From positions 192,001 to 256,000 of the forward strand of contig JBBRLI010000001.1 in assembly GCA_038231455.1 (NCBI GenBank): a DNA stretch of 64,000 nucleotides, in the 5' to 3' direction. The stretch comes from Vulcanimicrobiales bacterium. GTDB lineage: Bacteria > Vulcanimicrobiota > Vulcanimicrobiia > Vulcanimicrobiales > Vulcanimicrobiaceae. Every line of letters begins with the position of its first letter. Positions within the stretch are counted from its first letter, which is position 1. The notes under the pieces were generated by a model. That model was not told the DNA's origin. It worked only from the letters and a program-made list of their open reading frames with translations, and ran no database searches. A program made the translations under genes and the position numbers. Below, one piece after another: positions 9,467 to 20,602 of this stretch.

Positions 9467-11581
9467 ATGGACGAGCGTACGGAACGGCCCAGCGCCGAGG
9501 CGCTCCTTGCCGAACTCGGGATCAAACCGCAGATCACGGTGTATCTCGCAAGCGCCCCGGGAGCCGGGAAAACGCGGCGAATCCTCGAGGATGCCATCGC
9601 TCAGTCGCGCGCCGGGAAACGTGTCGCAATCGGCTGGGTGGAGACGAAGAACCGCCCCGACCTCGACGCACTCGTCGACCAACTCGAACGGATCCCACCG
9701 CTGCGGCTCAAGGTCGGCGAGACGGAATTCGACGAGTTCGACTTTGCCGCAGCGGCCGAAAGTACGTACGAGACGATCGTACTCGACGAACTCGCCCACA
9801 CCAACCTCACGGGATCTACGAACGCGAAGCGTTGGGAAGATGCGCTTTCGTTGCGCGATCGATTCGGTAAAACGATCATCGGCGCGTTCAACGTGCAGCA
9901 TCTCGAAACGGTGGCTCCGGTCGCCGAGCGGATTATCAACTACCCCATCCGGGAAATCGTCCCCGTCTCGTTCCTCAAGTCCGCGGATCAGGTGATCGCC
10001 CTGGACGTGACGACAGCGGTCCTGGAATCGCGCCTCCAATCCGGCCGGATCGTGCGCGCCGACGACATCGACCGCGCCGCTTCAGGTGTCTTCAAACCCC
10101 AGAACTTGCAGATGCTGCGCGAGTTGCTGCTCCGCACCGTCGACGAACTCACCGTCCCGCTTGTGAGCGCGCGAAAAACGTCGACGGCGCTCGCGCTCGT
10201 GCCGGATACGAGCGATGCCGGCCCGTTTCTCAAACGCGTCCATGCGCTTGCCGACGCGCTCGATCTTGCGCTCGACGTCGCCGCGCCCGCGCGCATCGAC
10301 GCCGAGGCACTGGAACGCGCGGCCCGTGTCAACGAAGCCTCGGTCGTGAAGCACCCGGACGCAATTTTCGTAAACGGAAATTTTGCAGGCATCAAAGCCG
10401 GACTGATCGCTGTCCCCACCGGCGCGCTCGCGCGAAAAATTCTGGCCAGCATGATCGACCGCGATCTTTACGTCGTCGATCCGAATTGGCACCCATCGAA
10501 CGTCGCAGCTCAGGGCGCGCGCCATCCCTATGGTCAGAGTGCCGGCGACCGGCTGCGCATCGGGTACGGCAAATTGACGATTTACTTGGGCTCGGTTGCC
10601 GGGAGCGGTAAGACGTACGCGATGCTCGATCGCGCGCACCAACTCGTCGATGAAGGCGTCGACGTCGTCGCGGCGCTCGTGGAAACGCACGGACGTGCCG
10701 AAACGCTCGCGAAACTCGACGGGCTCGCGGTGTTGCCGCGCCGGCCGGATGGCGAGCTCGATCGCGAAGCGCTCGTCCTGCGCAATCCGCACGTCGCGCT
10801 CATCGACGAACTCGCCCACACCAATCCACCCGGCAGCCTGTACGCGAAGCGTTTCGATGAAGTCATCAGCATTCTGCGCCTCGGGATATCCGTCATCACG
10901 ACGCTGAACGTCCAGCATCTGGACGGTTTGAGCGATGTGGTGTTCCGGCTGACCGATCAGCGTGTGCGCGAAACGGTCCCCGATTCGATCTTAGAGCTCG
11001 CAGATGACGTCATCTTCATCGACGTTACGCCGCAAGTTCTTCGCGACCGGCTGCGCGCCGGGAAAATCTATCCGCGCGATCGCATCGAGCCTGCGTTGAA
11101 CAACTTCTTTCGCACGGAGAACCTCGCGGCACTGCGCGAACTCTCGGTCCGCGAAATGATGCGCGCGCGAGCCGAATCGCGCCCAGCTCCGCCGTTCGAG
11201 CGCATCGTGCTTGGCGTCGCGGCACGCGAACGCGATCGCGATCTTATCGCGCGCATGGGACGGCTCGCAAGCCGCTTGGAAATCGATCTGGTCGTCACCT
11301 ATGTCGCGGGGACGAATGATTTACTCGACGACCTGACCATCGACTCGCTCAGCCGCGCGGCGCGGGCACAGCGCGCGCGCTGGATCGTCACGCGCAGCGA
11401 CGACGTTGCAGCGGGACTCGTTGCTTTAGCAAAAGACGAGCGCGCCGTGCTTGCAGTCGAAGGAGCGCGCACCCGCAAACGCTTCTTCAATAACCGCAAG
11501 CCCGTCGCGCTTCGTGCGATCGAGGCGGGCGCGAGCGACATGTTCGTCCTCGCGCCTTTGGATGAACCTACGGGAACTTAA
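9467..11581 (+). CDS. kdpD: Soluble KdpD N-terminal sensor protein with tandem (KdpD-N + Usp-like) x2 architecture and no kinase
   Basis: Two copies of the KdpD-N motifs: VYLASAPGAGKT/DELAHTN/NVQHLE and IYLGSVAGSGKTYAML/DELAHTN/TLNVQHL. No TM helices, H-box or G-box. Confidence 0.9.
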   Translation: MDERTERPSAEALLAELGIKPQITVYLASAPGAGKTRRILEDAIAQSRAGKRVAIGWVETKNRPDLDALVDQLERIPPLRLKVGETEFDEFDFAAAAESTYETIVLDELAHTNLTGSTNAKRWEDALSLRDRFGKTIIGAFNVQHLETVAPVAERIINYPIREIVPVSFLKSADQVIALDVTTAVLESRLQSGRIVRADDIDRAASGVFKPQNLQMLRELLLRTVDELTVPLVSARKTSTALALVPDTSDAGPFLKRVHALADALDLALDVAAPARIDAEALERAARVNEASVVKHPDAIFVNGNFAGIKAGLIAVPTGALARKILASMIDRDLYVVDPNWHPSNVAAQGARHPYGQSAGDRLRIGYGKLTIYLGSVAGSGKTYAMLDRAHQLVDEGVDVVAALVETHGRAETLAKLDGLAVLPRRPDGELDREALVLRNPHVALIDELAHTNPPGSLYAKRFDEVISILRLGISVITTLNVQHLDGLSDVVFRLTDQRVRETVPDSILELADDVIFIDVTPQVLRDRLRAGKIYPRDRIEPALNNFFRTENLAALRELSVREMMRARAESRPAPPFERIVLGVAARERDRDLIARMGRLASRLEIDLVVTYVAGTNDLLDDLTIDSLSRAARAQRARWIVTRSDDVAAGLVALAKDERAVLAVEGARTRKRFFNNRKPVALRAIEAGASDMFVLAPLDEPTGT

Positions 11582-12755
11582 CGAGCGTCTCGAATCCGAT
11601 CGTGTCGTTGTACGTACGCGTCAATCCGTTGGAGAGGGCGAAGGTTGACTGGCTCGAGTGATCTTTGCGCCCTTCGAGGCGCAAGATCACATTCGGGTTG
11701 AGGGTGTAAGCGAACGTCAGCGTTGCCTCTTTGAGAAGCTGGTCGGTACCGGTGCGCGAACCGCCCTTATCGGTGAACGTTTCAGCGCGCAGCGTCGCGG
11801 AGAGTTTCGGGGTGATGTTGTCGCTGATGTAGCCGGCGATGCCGTTCCACGACGCAGTGCCGATGCCGCCGGTTGACAGGGCGAAGTTCGTCTCGCTGCC
11901 CGAGTCGAAATTAATCACGGCCTGTACGTTGGGATTGAAGTGATACGTGCCCACGATATCGACGAGCGAACGCTTCCGGTTCGCCGCGGGATCGGCAACG
12001 GCGACGGTGCCGTTGTAGCCTTGCGCGGTGAGCGAGAAGGCCGAGGTCGGATTGAATGCAAGGCCGAGTTCCGTCGTCAGACGATTGTTATCGCCGTTCG
12101 AAGAAATCGTCTTGGTCGTGTCCCAGCCTTTGTTCAAGCCGGCGATCAAGCTCAGTTTGTCATTCGCGGCATACGTGAGGCGGCCGCCGGTGTGCGTGAA
12201 CGGCACGGCAAGACCGAAGAGAAACGAGCGCGAGAAATTGAGATTGCTCGGACTCTCGATCACTTCGGCACCGGCGAGCGTTTCGAACTTGCCGCCGATG
12301 AGTGTGAACTTGCCCTGCGTAAACGAGATGTACGCTTGCGTGACGTCGACTGAGGACTGCGTTCCGAACTTCGGATACGAGTTGATGACATCGGCATCAT
12401 CGCCGAAGCTGAGTTCGAGTTTTCCGCCAATCGGGCCGGTGTATGCGGCTTGCAAGTTGAGATTGTGGAACTGCGGACGCTTATCGACCGTGTCGAAGAC
12501 GCGGTTGCTGATGAGTCCGCCGCCCGAGATATTGCCTGCCGTATTCGAGACACCGGTCGACGCGGATGACGAGGTGATGCCGACATCGCCAAAACCGCTG
12601 AATTGGAACGCCTTTGGCGTTGGAGTCGGGCTCGGCGAGGGGGATGCGGCAGGCGATGCAGCCGGAGCGGGCGACGACGGAGCCGCTTGCGCCGATGCGA
12701 TCGCCGGTGCGCTGAAAACGATCGCGCTTGCGATCAGTGAGATGAGGAACTTCAA
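11568..12755 (-). CDS. Outer-membrane beta-barrel porin (BBP2/DUF1597-like), last gene of the kdp operon
   Basis: Signal peptide plus Pro/Ser/Ala linker; GKFETLAGAEVIES..N.NFSRS.LF..AVPFTHTG; AAGGAG RBS before a TTG start. Confidence 0.8.
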   Translation of the reverse strand: MKFLISLIASAIVFSAPAIASAQAAPSSPAPAASPAASPSPSPTPTPKAFQFSGFGDVGITSSSASTGVSNTAGNISGGGLISNRVFDTVDKRPQFHNLNLQAAYTGPIGGKLELSFGDDADVINSYPKFGTQSSVDVTQAYISFTQGKFTLIGGKFETLAGAEVIESPSNLNFSRSFLFGLAVPFTHTGGRLTYAANDKLSLIAGLNKGWDTTKTISSNGDNNRLTTELGLAFNPTSAFSLTAQGYNGTVAVADPAANRKRSLVDIVGTYHFNPNVQAVINFDSGSETNFALSTGGIGTASWNGIAGYISDNITPKLSATLRAETFTDKGGSRTGTDQLLKEATLTFAYTLNPNVILRLEGRKDHSSQSTFALSNGLTRTYNDTIGFETLVKFP

Positions 12756-12763
12756 TTTTCTCC

Positions 12764-13378
12764 TTATTTCGGGTGATACGCGTCAAGCGCCCCATTGAGT
12801 TCAAGCACGTTCACGCGTGGTTCACCTAAGAATCCCAAGGCGCGTGGAACGATGTGTGAGTTCACGAGCGATGCGACCACGTCATGAGGAAGATGACGAG
12901 CCGCGGCAACACGTGTGATTTGATACTGCGCCGCTTCCGGCGAGATATCGGGGTCGATCCCGGATCCACTGGAGGTCACAAGATCAATCGGTGGCTCTGA
13001 AGCCATCGAATCCTCTGCGTGTAATCCTCTAATAGTCACACGGGTTGCGTCTATCAACTTATGTGACGTTGGAGCGAGGTTCGTTCCGCCAGTTGCAGTA
13101 GGGTCGTAACCGTTCTTGCCTGCGGCAGACGGTCTTCCGTGGAAATACTGCGGCTTGGTAAAAAGTTGCCCGATGATTTGCGAACCGACGACGACGCCCT
13201 GCGCATTGCGGACGAGCGACCCGGCCGCCTGATGCGGGAAAGCGAACATCCCGATAAGCGTTATAACGGCGGGATAGATGAAACCGAACACCACGACCGT
13301 CGCTACGGTGTAGAGCAGCGAGGTGAGCAGATGCGAGAGCGTCGACTCGCGAGGCGCGACTTCTGTTGTCTGGGTCAT
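12764..13378 (-). CDS. kdpC: K+-transporting ATPase subunit C
   Basis: FPHQAAGSL, IGQ.FT.PQYFHGRPSA, DLVTSSGSGIDPDIS, GEPRVNVLELN. Confidence 0.97.
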   Translation of the reverse strand: MTQTTEVAPRESTLSHLLTSLLYTVATVVVFGFIYPAVITLIGMFAFPHQAAGSLVRNAQGVVVGSQIIGQLFTKPQYFHGRPSAAGKNGYDPTATGGTNLAPTSHKLIDATRVTIRGLHAEDSMASEPPIDLVTSSGSGIDPDISPEAAQYQITRVAAARHLPHDVVASLVNSHIVPRALGFLGEPRVNVLELNGALDAYHPK

Positions 13379-13381
13379 GGG

Positions 13382-15459
<2,078 letters not shown>

Positions 15460-15460
<1 letters not shown>

Positions 15461-17160
15461 TAAAATGTCTTTCCTTGCAGCATCTGCAGATGTTCCACGA
15501 TTGGCCCGAGGGCATCCGCGGGGAAGAACGTGAGCGCTCCGACGATCACGATCACGCCGAGCAAGAGCCCAACGAAGACCGGCGATGTCGTCGTGAACGT
15601 GCCGCTCGTTTCGGAGACGGCACGCTTTCCGGCGAGTGCTCCCGCAAGTGCGAGCGTCGGAATGATGATTGCGAAACGTCCGAAAAGCATTGAGACGCCG
15701 GTCCAGACGTTGTAGAACGTGCTGCCGGCCAGTCCGCCAAAGGCCGACCCGTTGTTGCCGGTCGATGAGGTGAACGCATACAGAATCTCGGAGAATCCGT
15801 GCGCGCCGGAATTCCCAAGCGTCGCGAGGCCGTCTTTGGAGATCGCGGCAATCGCGGCGGGGACGAGCGTGAAGATCGGCACGACCAAGATGGCGAGAAT
15901 CGCCAGCTGCACCTCGCGCCGCTCGATTTTCTTCCCGAGGTATTCGGGCGTACGGCCAACCATGAGTCCGGCGATGAACACGGTTAGGATCACGAAGAGA
16001 ATCATGCCGTAAAAACCGGAACCGACGCCGCCGAAAATAATTTCGCCGAGCTGGATGTTGACCAGCGGAACGAGTCCGCCAAGCGGCATGAACGAATCAT
16101 GCTGCGCGTTGACCGCGCCGCACGACGTGTCGGTCGTGATGGTCGCGAACAGCGACGAAGCGCCGATGCCAAATCGGGTGTCTTTGCCTTCCATATTTCC
16201 GCCGGAAACGCCCATCGCGTGGACGAGCGGATTCCCCGAGGCTTCCGCGGTGTAGACAGAGGCGAATCCGACAATGAACACGATCGACATCGCGGCGAGA
16301 ATCGCCCAACCTTGGCGTTGGTTTTTCGCAAAACGTCCCAACGTGTACGTCAGGGCCGCCGGGATGAGAAAGATGACGAACATCTCGATGAAATTACTAA
16401 ACGGCGTCGGGTTCTCGTTCGGCGAGATCGAATTTGCGCTTACGAAGCCGCCGCCATTCGTGCCGAGTTCCTTGATGATCTCTTGCGAGGCCATCGGCCC
16501 GCCGGTCAACGTCTGAACGGCGCCGTCGATCGTCTTGACGTCAAAATACGCACTGAAATTCTGCGGAACGCCTTGCCAGAGCAACACGATCGCGCCGAGA
16601 AGCGAGAGCGGGAGAAAAACGTACAAAAGGCCGCGTGTGAGGTCGGCCCAGAAGTTCCCGAGCGTCTTTTTGTCGGTTCGTACGACGCCGCGAATGACGG
16701 CGACCGCAAGCGCCAGGCCGACCGCAGCGGACACGAAGTTGTGCCAAGCCAGGCCCGCCATCTGCGAGAGATAGCTCATCGTCGACTCGCCGCTGTAAAA
16801 CTGCCAATTGGTATTGGTCAGGAAGCTGATCGCCGTATTCCAGGCTGCATCCGGCGCGAAGTTGCCGAACTTCTGCGGATTGAGCGGCAGAAACGCCTGC
16901 GTCCGTAAAAGAACGTAGAGATAGATGAAGCCAACGAAACTGAAGCCGAGCATCGCAAAGACGTACGTCTTCCAACCCATCTCGAGGTCGGGTTTGATAC
17001 GACAAATGCGATAGAGCGCGCCCTCGATCGGCGCGATCGCGGGACTAAGGAAAACGCGCTCGCCGCTAAACACGCGCGCCATATACGTTCCGAGTGGACG
17101 CACGCAAAGGATGACGAGGGCAAAGAATGCCGCCGCCTGGAGCCAACCGGTGGGATTCAC
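15460..17160 (-). CDS. kdpA: K+-transporting ATPase subunit A
   Basis: [36 protein letters not shown] filter motifs. Confidence 0.99.
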
Positions 17161-17161
17161 C

Positions 17162-17251
17162 TCAGAATTTCTCCGGTCGTAGCATCGCGTACGTCAGGTA
17201 GACGAGCGCAAGTAGCGAGAGAATCAAGCCAATGATAAGATCGAGCGTCAT
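17162..17251 (-). CDS. kdpF: KdpF peptide (29 aa)
   Basis: MTLDLIIGLILSLLALVYLTYAMLRPEKF, with the YL.YA.LRPEKF signature directly before kdpA. Confidence 0.92.
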   Translation of the reverse strand: MTLDLIIGLILSLLALVYLTYAMLRPEKF

Positions 17252-17331
17252 ATCTTCTCGCACCCCGCGGTATAGCGGTCGAGCACGACGAAGAACATGG
17301 CGATAAGCGCCACGAGTACAATTTCGATCAC
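17248..17331 (-). CDS. 27-aa single-TM peptide upstream of kdpF
   Basis: Not in the ORF track. GTG start gives MIEIVLVALIAMFFVVLDRYTAGCEKI; its stop overlaps the kdpF ATG (ATGA). Confidence 0.75.
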   Translation of the reverse strand: MIEIVLVALIAMFFVVLDRYTAGCEKI

Positions 17332-17360
17332 GGGCGGGTGCCATAGGTGTCCATGGCACG

Positions 17361-17416
17361 ATCCTACTGCGAACGCTGCCCGCCCGCTATCCGCCGTTCG
17401 GATGATCCATTCGGAT
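17361..17416 (-). promoter_or_regulatory. Putative kdp promoter: -10 TAGGAT plus repeated TTCGGAT / ATCC-N4-GGAT boxes
   Basis: TAGGAT at 17366-17361 (minus strand); TTCGGAT direct repeat at 17397-17403 and 17410-17416. Confidence 0.45.
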
Positions 17417-17431
17417 TAATCGACGAACGAA

Positions 17432-18646
17432 TTAGTGGGTGTGGGTGAAGTTGCCTAAAGCGATGCCGAGGGACTCGAGGCGCTGGAGAGCGACACGCAT
17501 GCCGATTGGATCGCGTGGGCGGCCGACGCGGGCGAAATAGACTTCCGGATCGATGTTGAGCGTCCGCGTTTGGATCATCGTTACGGGATGCTCGCGTAGG
17601 AATGCCTCCGCTGCTTCCACTTCTTCGCGTTCGTCAGTAACGCCGGGGTGTGTGAGGTAATTAAGTGAAACGCGAAGCCCGCCTTTCACGGCAAGCGCGA
17701 TCGATTCGAGGACGTTCTCGAGGGTGTAGCCGGTCGGACGATAGTACGCCGCGTACGTTTCGGGTCGGAAGGCGTTCAGACTAATGCGCGCGGTCTGGAG
17801 GCCGGCGTCGATGAGACGCTCGAGACTCTTCGTCATGCTGCCGTTGGTGTTGATGTTGATCGTGCCGTTCGTGCGGACACCGCGAATCTTTTCGATTGCA
17901 GCAGCGATCGTTGTTGAGCGCAGAAGTGGCTCGCCCTCGCAGCCTTGGCCGAACGAGATGATGCCGTCGTCGACGCGTTCGAGGTGGTGGATTGCGATGC
18001 GCGCCAAGGCGTCCGCATCGGGCTCGTAGGCGATGCGCGTTTGCGGCGACGGAATTCCAGCATCTTCGTCAAGTTCCGAGATACAGCCGACGCAGGCGGC
18101 ATTGCATTTCGGCGAGACCGGGATCGCGGCTTCGCCGCGTTCGAGGAACACGTTTTGTGCGGTAAAGCAGCCGTAGCTTTGCGCGCAGATACCGAGCTGG
18201 GGGATCGTCGGATTGCTTGGGTCGAGAGCCTGGCGTTTCGCGACGAGCCCGGCCATCTCGCCCTCTTCGAAGTAGCGCGGCTGCCAGTCGTCGCTCTCGT
18301 CGGTGCGCATGGCCGCGACGTACAGTTCGTCATCAATGACGCACGTATAACTGTAGCCGAAGAGCGGCAACGTCGGTGCATCGTCTCGATGTTTGTATGC
18401 CGGCAAAAGTAAGCGCGTGTAGCCGGCCGGAAGGAGCGCACCGAGCGTCACACGTTTGCCGAAGACTTTGCCACCGGCAAGCAGTGGCGTGCGGCCGGGG
18501 AGCATCGTCGTGACGGTTCCCGGCGGCGCGGGAATCAGTTCGTCGCGATGCGGTAAGCGCACGAACCCGCCGTCGGCGAGGGGCGCTTGATCCTCATCGA
18601 AAAAAATCCGACCATGCGCGTCGGTGTACGCGAGACCGACGTTCAT
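17432..18646 (-). CDS. Uncharacterised radical SAM protein
   Basis: CNAACVGC cluster motif, SFGQGCEGEP, NINTNGS. ATG 18646 overlaps the dapF stop. Confidence 0.88.
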   Translation of the reverse strand: MNVGLAYTDAHGRIFFDEDQAPLADGGFVRLPHRDELIPAPPGTVTTMLPGRTPLLAGGKVFGKRVTLGALLPAGYTRLLLPAYKHRDDAPTLPLFGYSYTCVIDDELYVAAMRTDESDDWQPRYFEEGEMAGLVAKRQALDPSNPTIPQLGICAQSYGCFTAQNVFLERGEAAIPVSPKCNAACVGCISELDEDAGIPSPQTRIAYEPDADALARIAIHHLERVDDGIISFGQGCEGEPLLRSTTIAAAIEKIRGVRTNGTININTNGSMTKSLERLIDAGLQTARISLNAFRPETYAAYYRPTGYTLENVLESIALAVKGGLRVSLNYLTHPGVTDEREEVEAAEAFLREHPVTMIQTRTLNIDPEVYFARVGRPRDPIGMRVALQRLESLGIALGNFTHTH

Positions 18647-19437
18647 CCTTCGAGCGTGCGATCGGATTCGCGCACGACGTTGCCGGTGAGCAATGCCGCT
18701 TCGCCCGGCGTCCATTCGACACGCAAGCGACCGCCGGGAACGTCGACGGCGACCGGGCTTTGCAGGTTGTGAACGACGATCGCCGCGGCCGCCGATGCGA
18801 CCGCACCGGTACCGCAAGCTCGCGTAGCGCCAGAGCCGCGTTCCCAATGTCGCACCCGGAGCCACGACGGCCCCGCGATGGCGACGAAGTGGACGTTCGT
18901 GCCATTCGGAAAAACCGGATGCGTTTCGATCTCGCGACCGAGCACCGCGAGATCGACCTTCTGCGGATCGTCGACGAAGAAGACCGCGTGCGGATTGCCA
19001 ACATCGACAAAGACATAGGCGATGCGAGCGCCGTCGGCGAGGTCGAGCCAGCGAATCCCCGCGACCCGCGGTGTTCCCATTGCGACGCGCACCGTAAAAT
19101 CAGGCGACGTTCCGACAACGTCGGTTGCGATCGGTCCGGCGAGCGTTTCGATCGTCTTGCGCTCGCCGCCGTCGGTCTCGTACAGATAGCGCGCGACGCA
19201 GCGCACGCCATTGCCGCACATCTCCGCCTCGCTGCCATCCGCGTTGATCACGCGCATGCGCGCATCGCCGTGCGTGGACGGACCAACGAGGAGCACGCCG
19301 TCGGCACCGACGCCGCTCGTGCGCTCGCACCAACGGCGCGCAAAAGCGATTGGATCGGCAAGCGCGATCGTTCGCTCGTCGACCACGAGGAAGTCATTCT
19401 CGGTGCCGTTCATCTTGACGACCGGCACGGCCGCCAT
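18643..19437 (-). CDS. dapF: Diaminopimelate epimerase
   Basis: KMNGTENDF, NADGSEAEMCGNG, VGNPH, ERGSGATRACGTG. Confidence 0.97.
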   Translation of the reverse strand: MAAVPVVKMNGTENDFLVVDERTIALADPIAFARRWCERTSGVGADGVLLVGPSTHGDARMRVINADGSEAEMCGNGVRCVARYLYETDGGERKTIETLAGPIATDVVGTSPDFTVRVAMGTPRVAGIRWLDLADGARIAYVFVDVGNPHAVFFVDDPQKVDLAVLGREIETHPVFPNGTNVHFVAIAGPSWLRVRHWERGSGATRACGTGAVASAAAAIVVHNLQSPVAVDVPGGRLRVEWTPGEAALLTGNVVRESDRTLEG

Positions 19438-19691
19438 CACGGCGCTTCCGGTGCCGTTTCGGGCAGCAGCGGCGCGACGAGCGGGCCTTGCGGCGAGATC
19501 GTGGAGACGGCATGTTTGTAGATCAAGTGCGCTTTGTGTTCGTACTCCAGGATGATCGTGAACGGATCGAATCCTTTGACGATTCCACGCAACTGAAAAC
19601 CGTTGACGAGATAGACCGTTACCGGAACGGCTTGACGTTTGACTTCCGCGAGATACGCATCTTGCAGCGGCTGCGGCCGAGCGATCGACAT
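19437..19691 (-). CDS. hfq: RNA chaperone Hfq
   Basis: LQDAYL...VTVYLVNGFQLRG.VKGFD.F, LIYKHAVSTI. Confidence 0.97.
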   Translation of the reverse strand: MSIARPQPLQDAYLAEVKRQAVPVTVYLVNGFQLRGIVKGFDPFTIILEYEHKAHLIYKHAVSTISPQGPLVAPLLPETAPEAP

Positions 19692-19702
19692 TCGAACGCG
19701 CT

Positions 19703-20602
19703 TCACATCCATGCCGAGAATGTCCTGGCAAGCGCCAGTGCTTCGTCCGCATCGCGAACAACGTGAAGGTCGGGCTCGGTACGAAACCACGTTGCTTGAC
19801 GCTTTGCGTACCGGCGCGTCGCGCGCGCCAAGAGCAAGCGCAGTTCACGCTCGCTCGCCTCGCCGCGCTGGTATGCGAAGACGTCTCGATAGCCGACGGC
19901 GTCTGCTGCGAGTGCGTTTTCACCCACGTGCTCGGCCTCGGCGATGAGACCGGCAGAAAGCATCCGCTCGACGCGTGTTTCGATATTGGCTGCCAGTCGA
20001 TCGGGCTCGATCGCAAGTTGCAGCTTGCGATACGCGATACCGCGCGATGGCAATGTCGGTAGCGGCACGTTTGCGCGCGCCCCACCGCCGCTGCGCGCAA
20101 CAAGCGCGATTTCGAGCGCGCGCGTGAGTCGATACGGGTCCAGAGCCACATCCCTCCGATGCGGTTCGAGCGCGCGTAGCCAATCGGCAAGAACGTCGGT
20201 CGGATGCAAGCGCACCTCGCGCGAGAGACGCGTTCGTAAAGCATCGTCGCGGTCGGCGTTCAGGATCGTATCGCCGCAGAGCGCGCGTAAATAAAAACCC
20301 GTCCCGCCGACGATCAGCACGCGCTTGCCACGGGCACGAATTGCGTCGATGGCCGCCATCGCGTCGACCACGAATCGCGCCGCTGAATACGGTTCGCGTG
20401 GGTCGAGAAACCCGATGAGATGGTGTGGAATACCCGCGCGTTCCTCGAGCGTCGGTGCCGCCGTGCCGATTGACATACCGCGATAGATTTGGCGCGAGTC
20501 CATCCCGACGATTTCCGCATCGAAGGCACGCGCAAGGGATATCGCAAGCGCCGTCTTCCCGCTTGCGGTGGCGCCGGTGAGGAGAAGAACGCCGGCGTTC
20601 AC
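19703..20602 (-). CDS. miaA: tRNA dimethylallyltransferase
   Basis: GATASGKT, DSRQIYRGMSIGTA, VGGTGFY, TRRYAKRQ.TWF. GTG start overlaps the mutL stop. Confidence 0.97.
   Translation of the reverse strand: MNAGVLLLTGATASGKTALAISLARAFDAEIVGMDSRQIYRGMSIGTAAPTLEERAGIPHHLIGFLDPREPYSAARFVVDAMAAIDAIRARGKRVLIVGGTGFYLRALCGDTILNADRDDALRTRLSREVRLHPTDVLADWLRALEPHRRDVALDPYRLTRALEIALVARSGGGARANVPLPTLPSRGIAYRKLQLAIEPDRLAANIETRVERMLSAGLIAEAEHVGENALAADAVGYRDVFAYQRGEASERELRLLLARATRRYAKRQATWFRTEPDLHVVRDADEALALARTFSAWM

Noticed and set aside
17252-17359. 65-aa extended KdpF from the ORF track
   Set aside because: The extension is hydrophilic, while another frame encodes a coherent TM peptide coupled to the 29-aa KdpF.
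19438-20244. 533-aa extended dapF, and similar extensions of miaA, the radical SAM gene, the helicase and the CDO gene
   Set aside because: The extensions overlap neighbouring real genes; coupled internal starts explain each gene.
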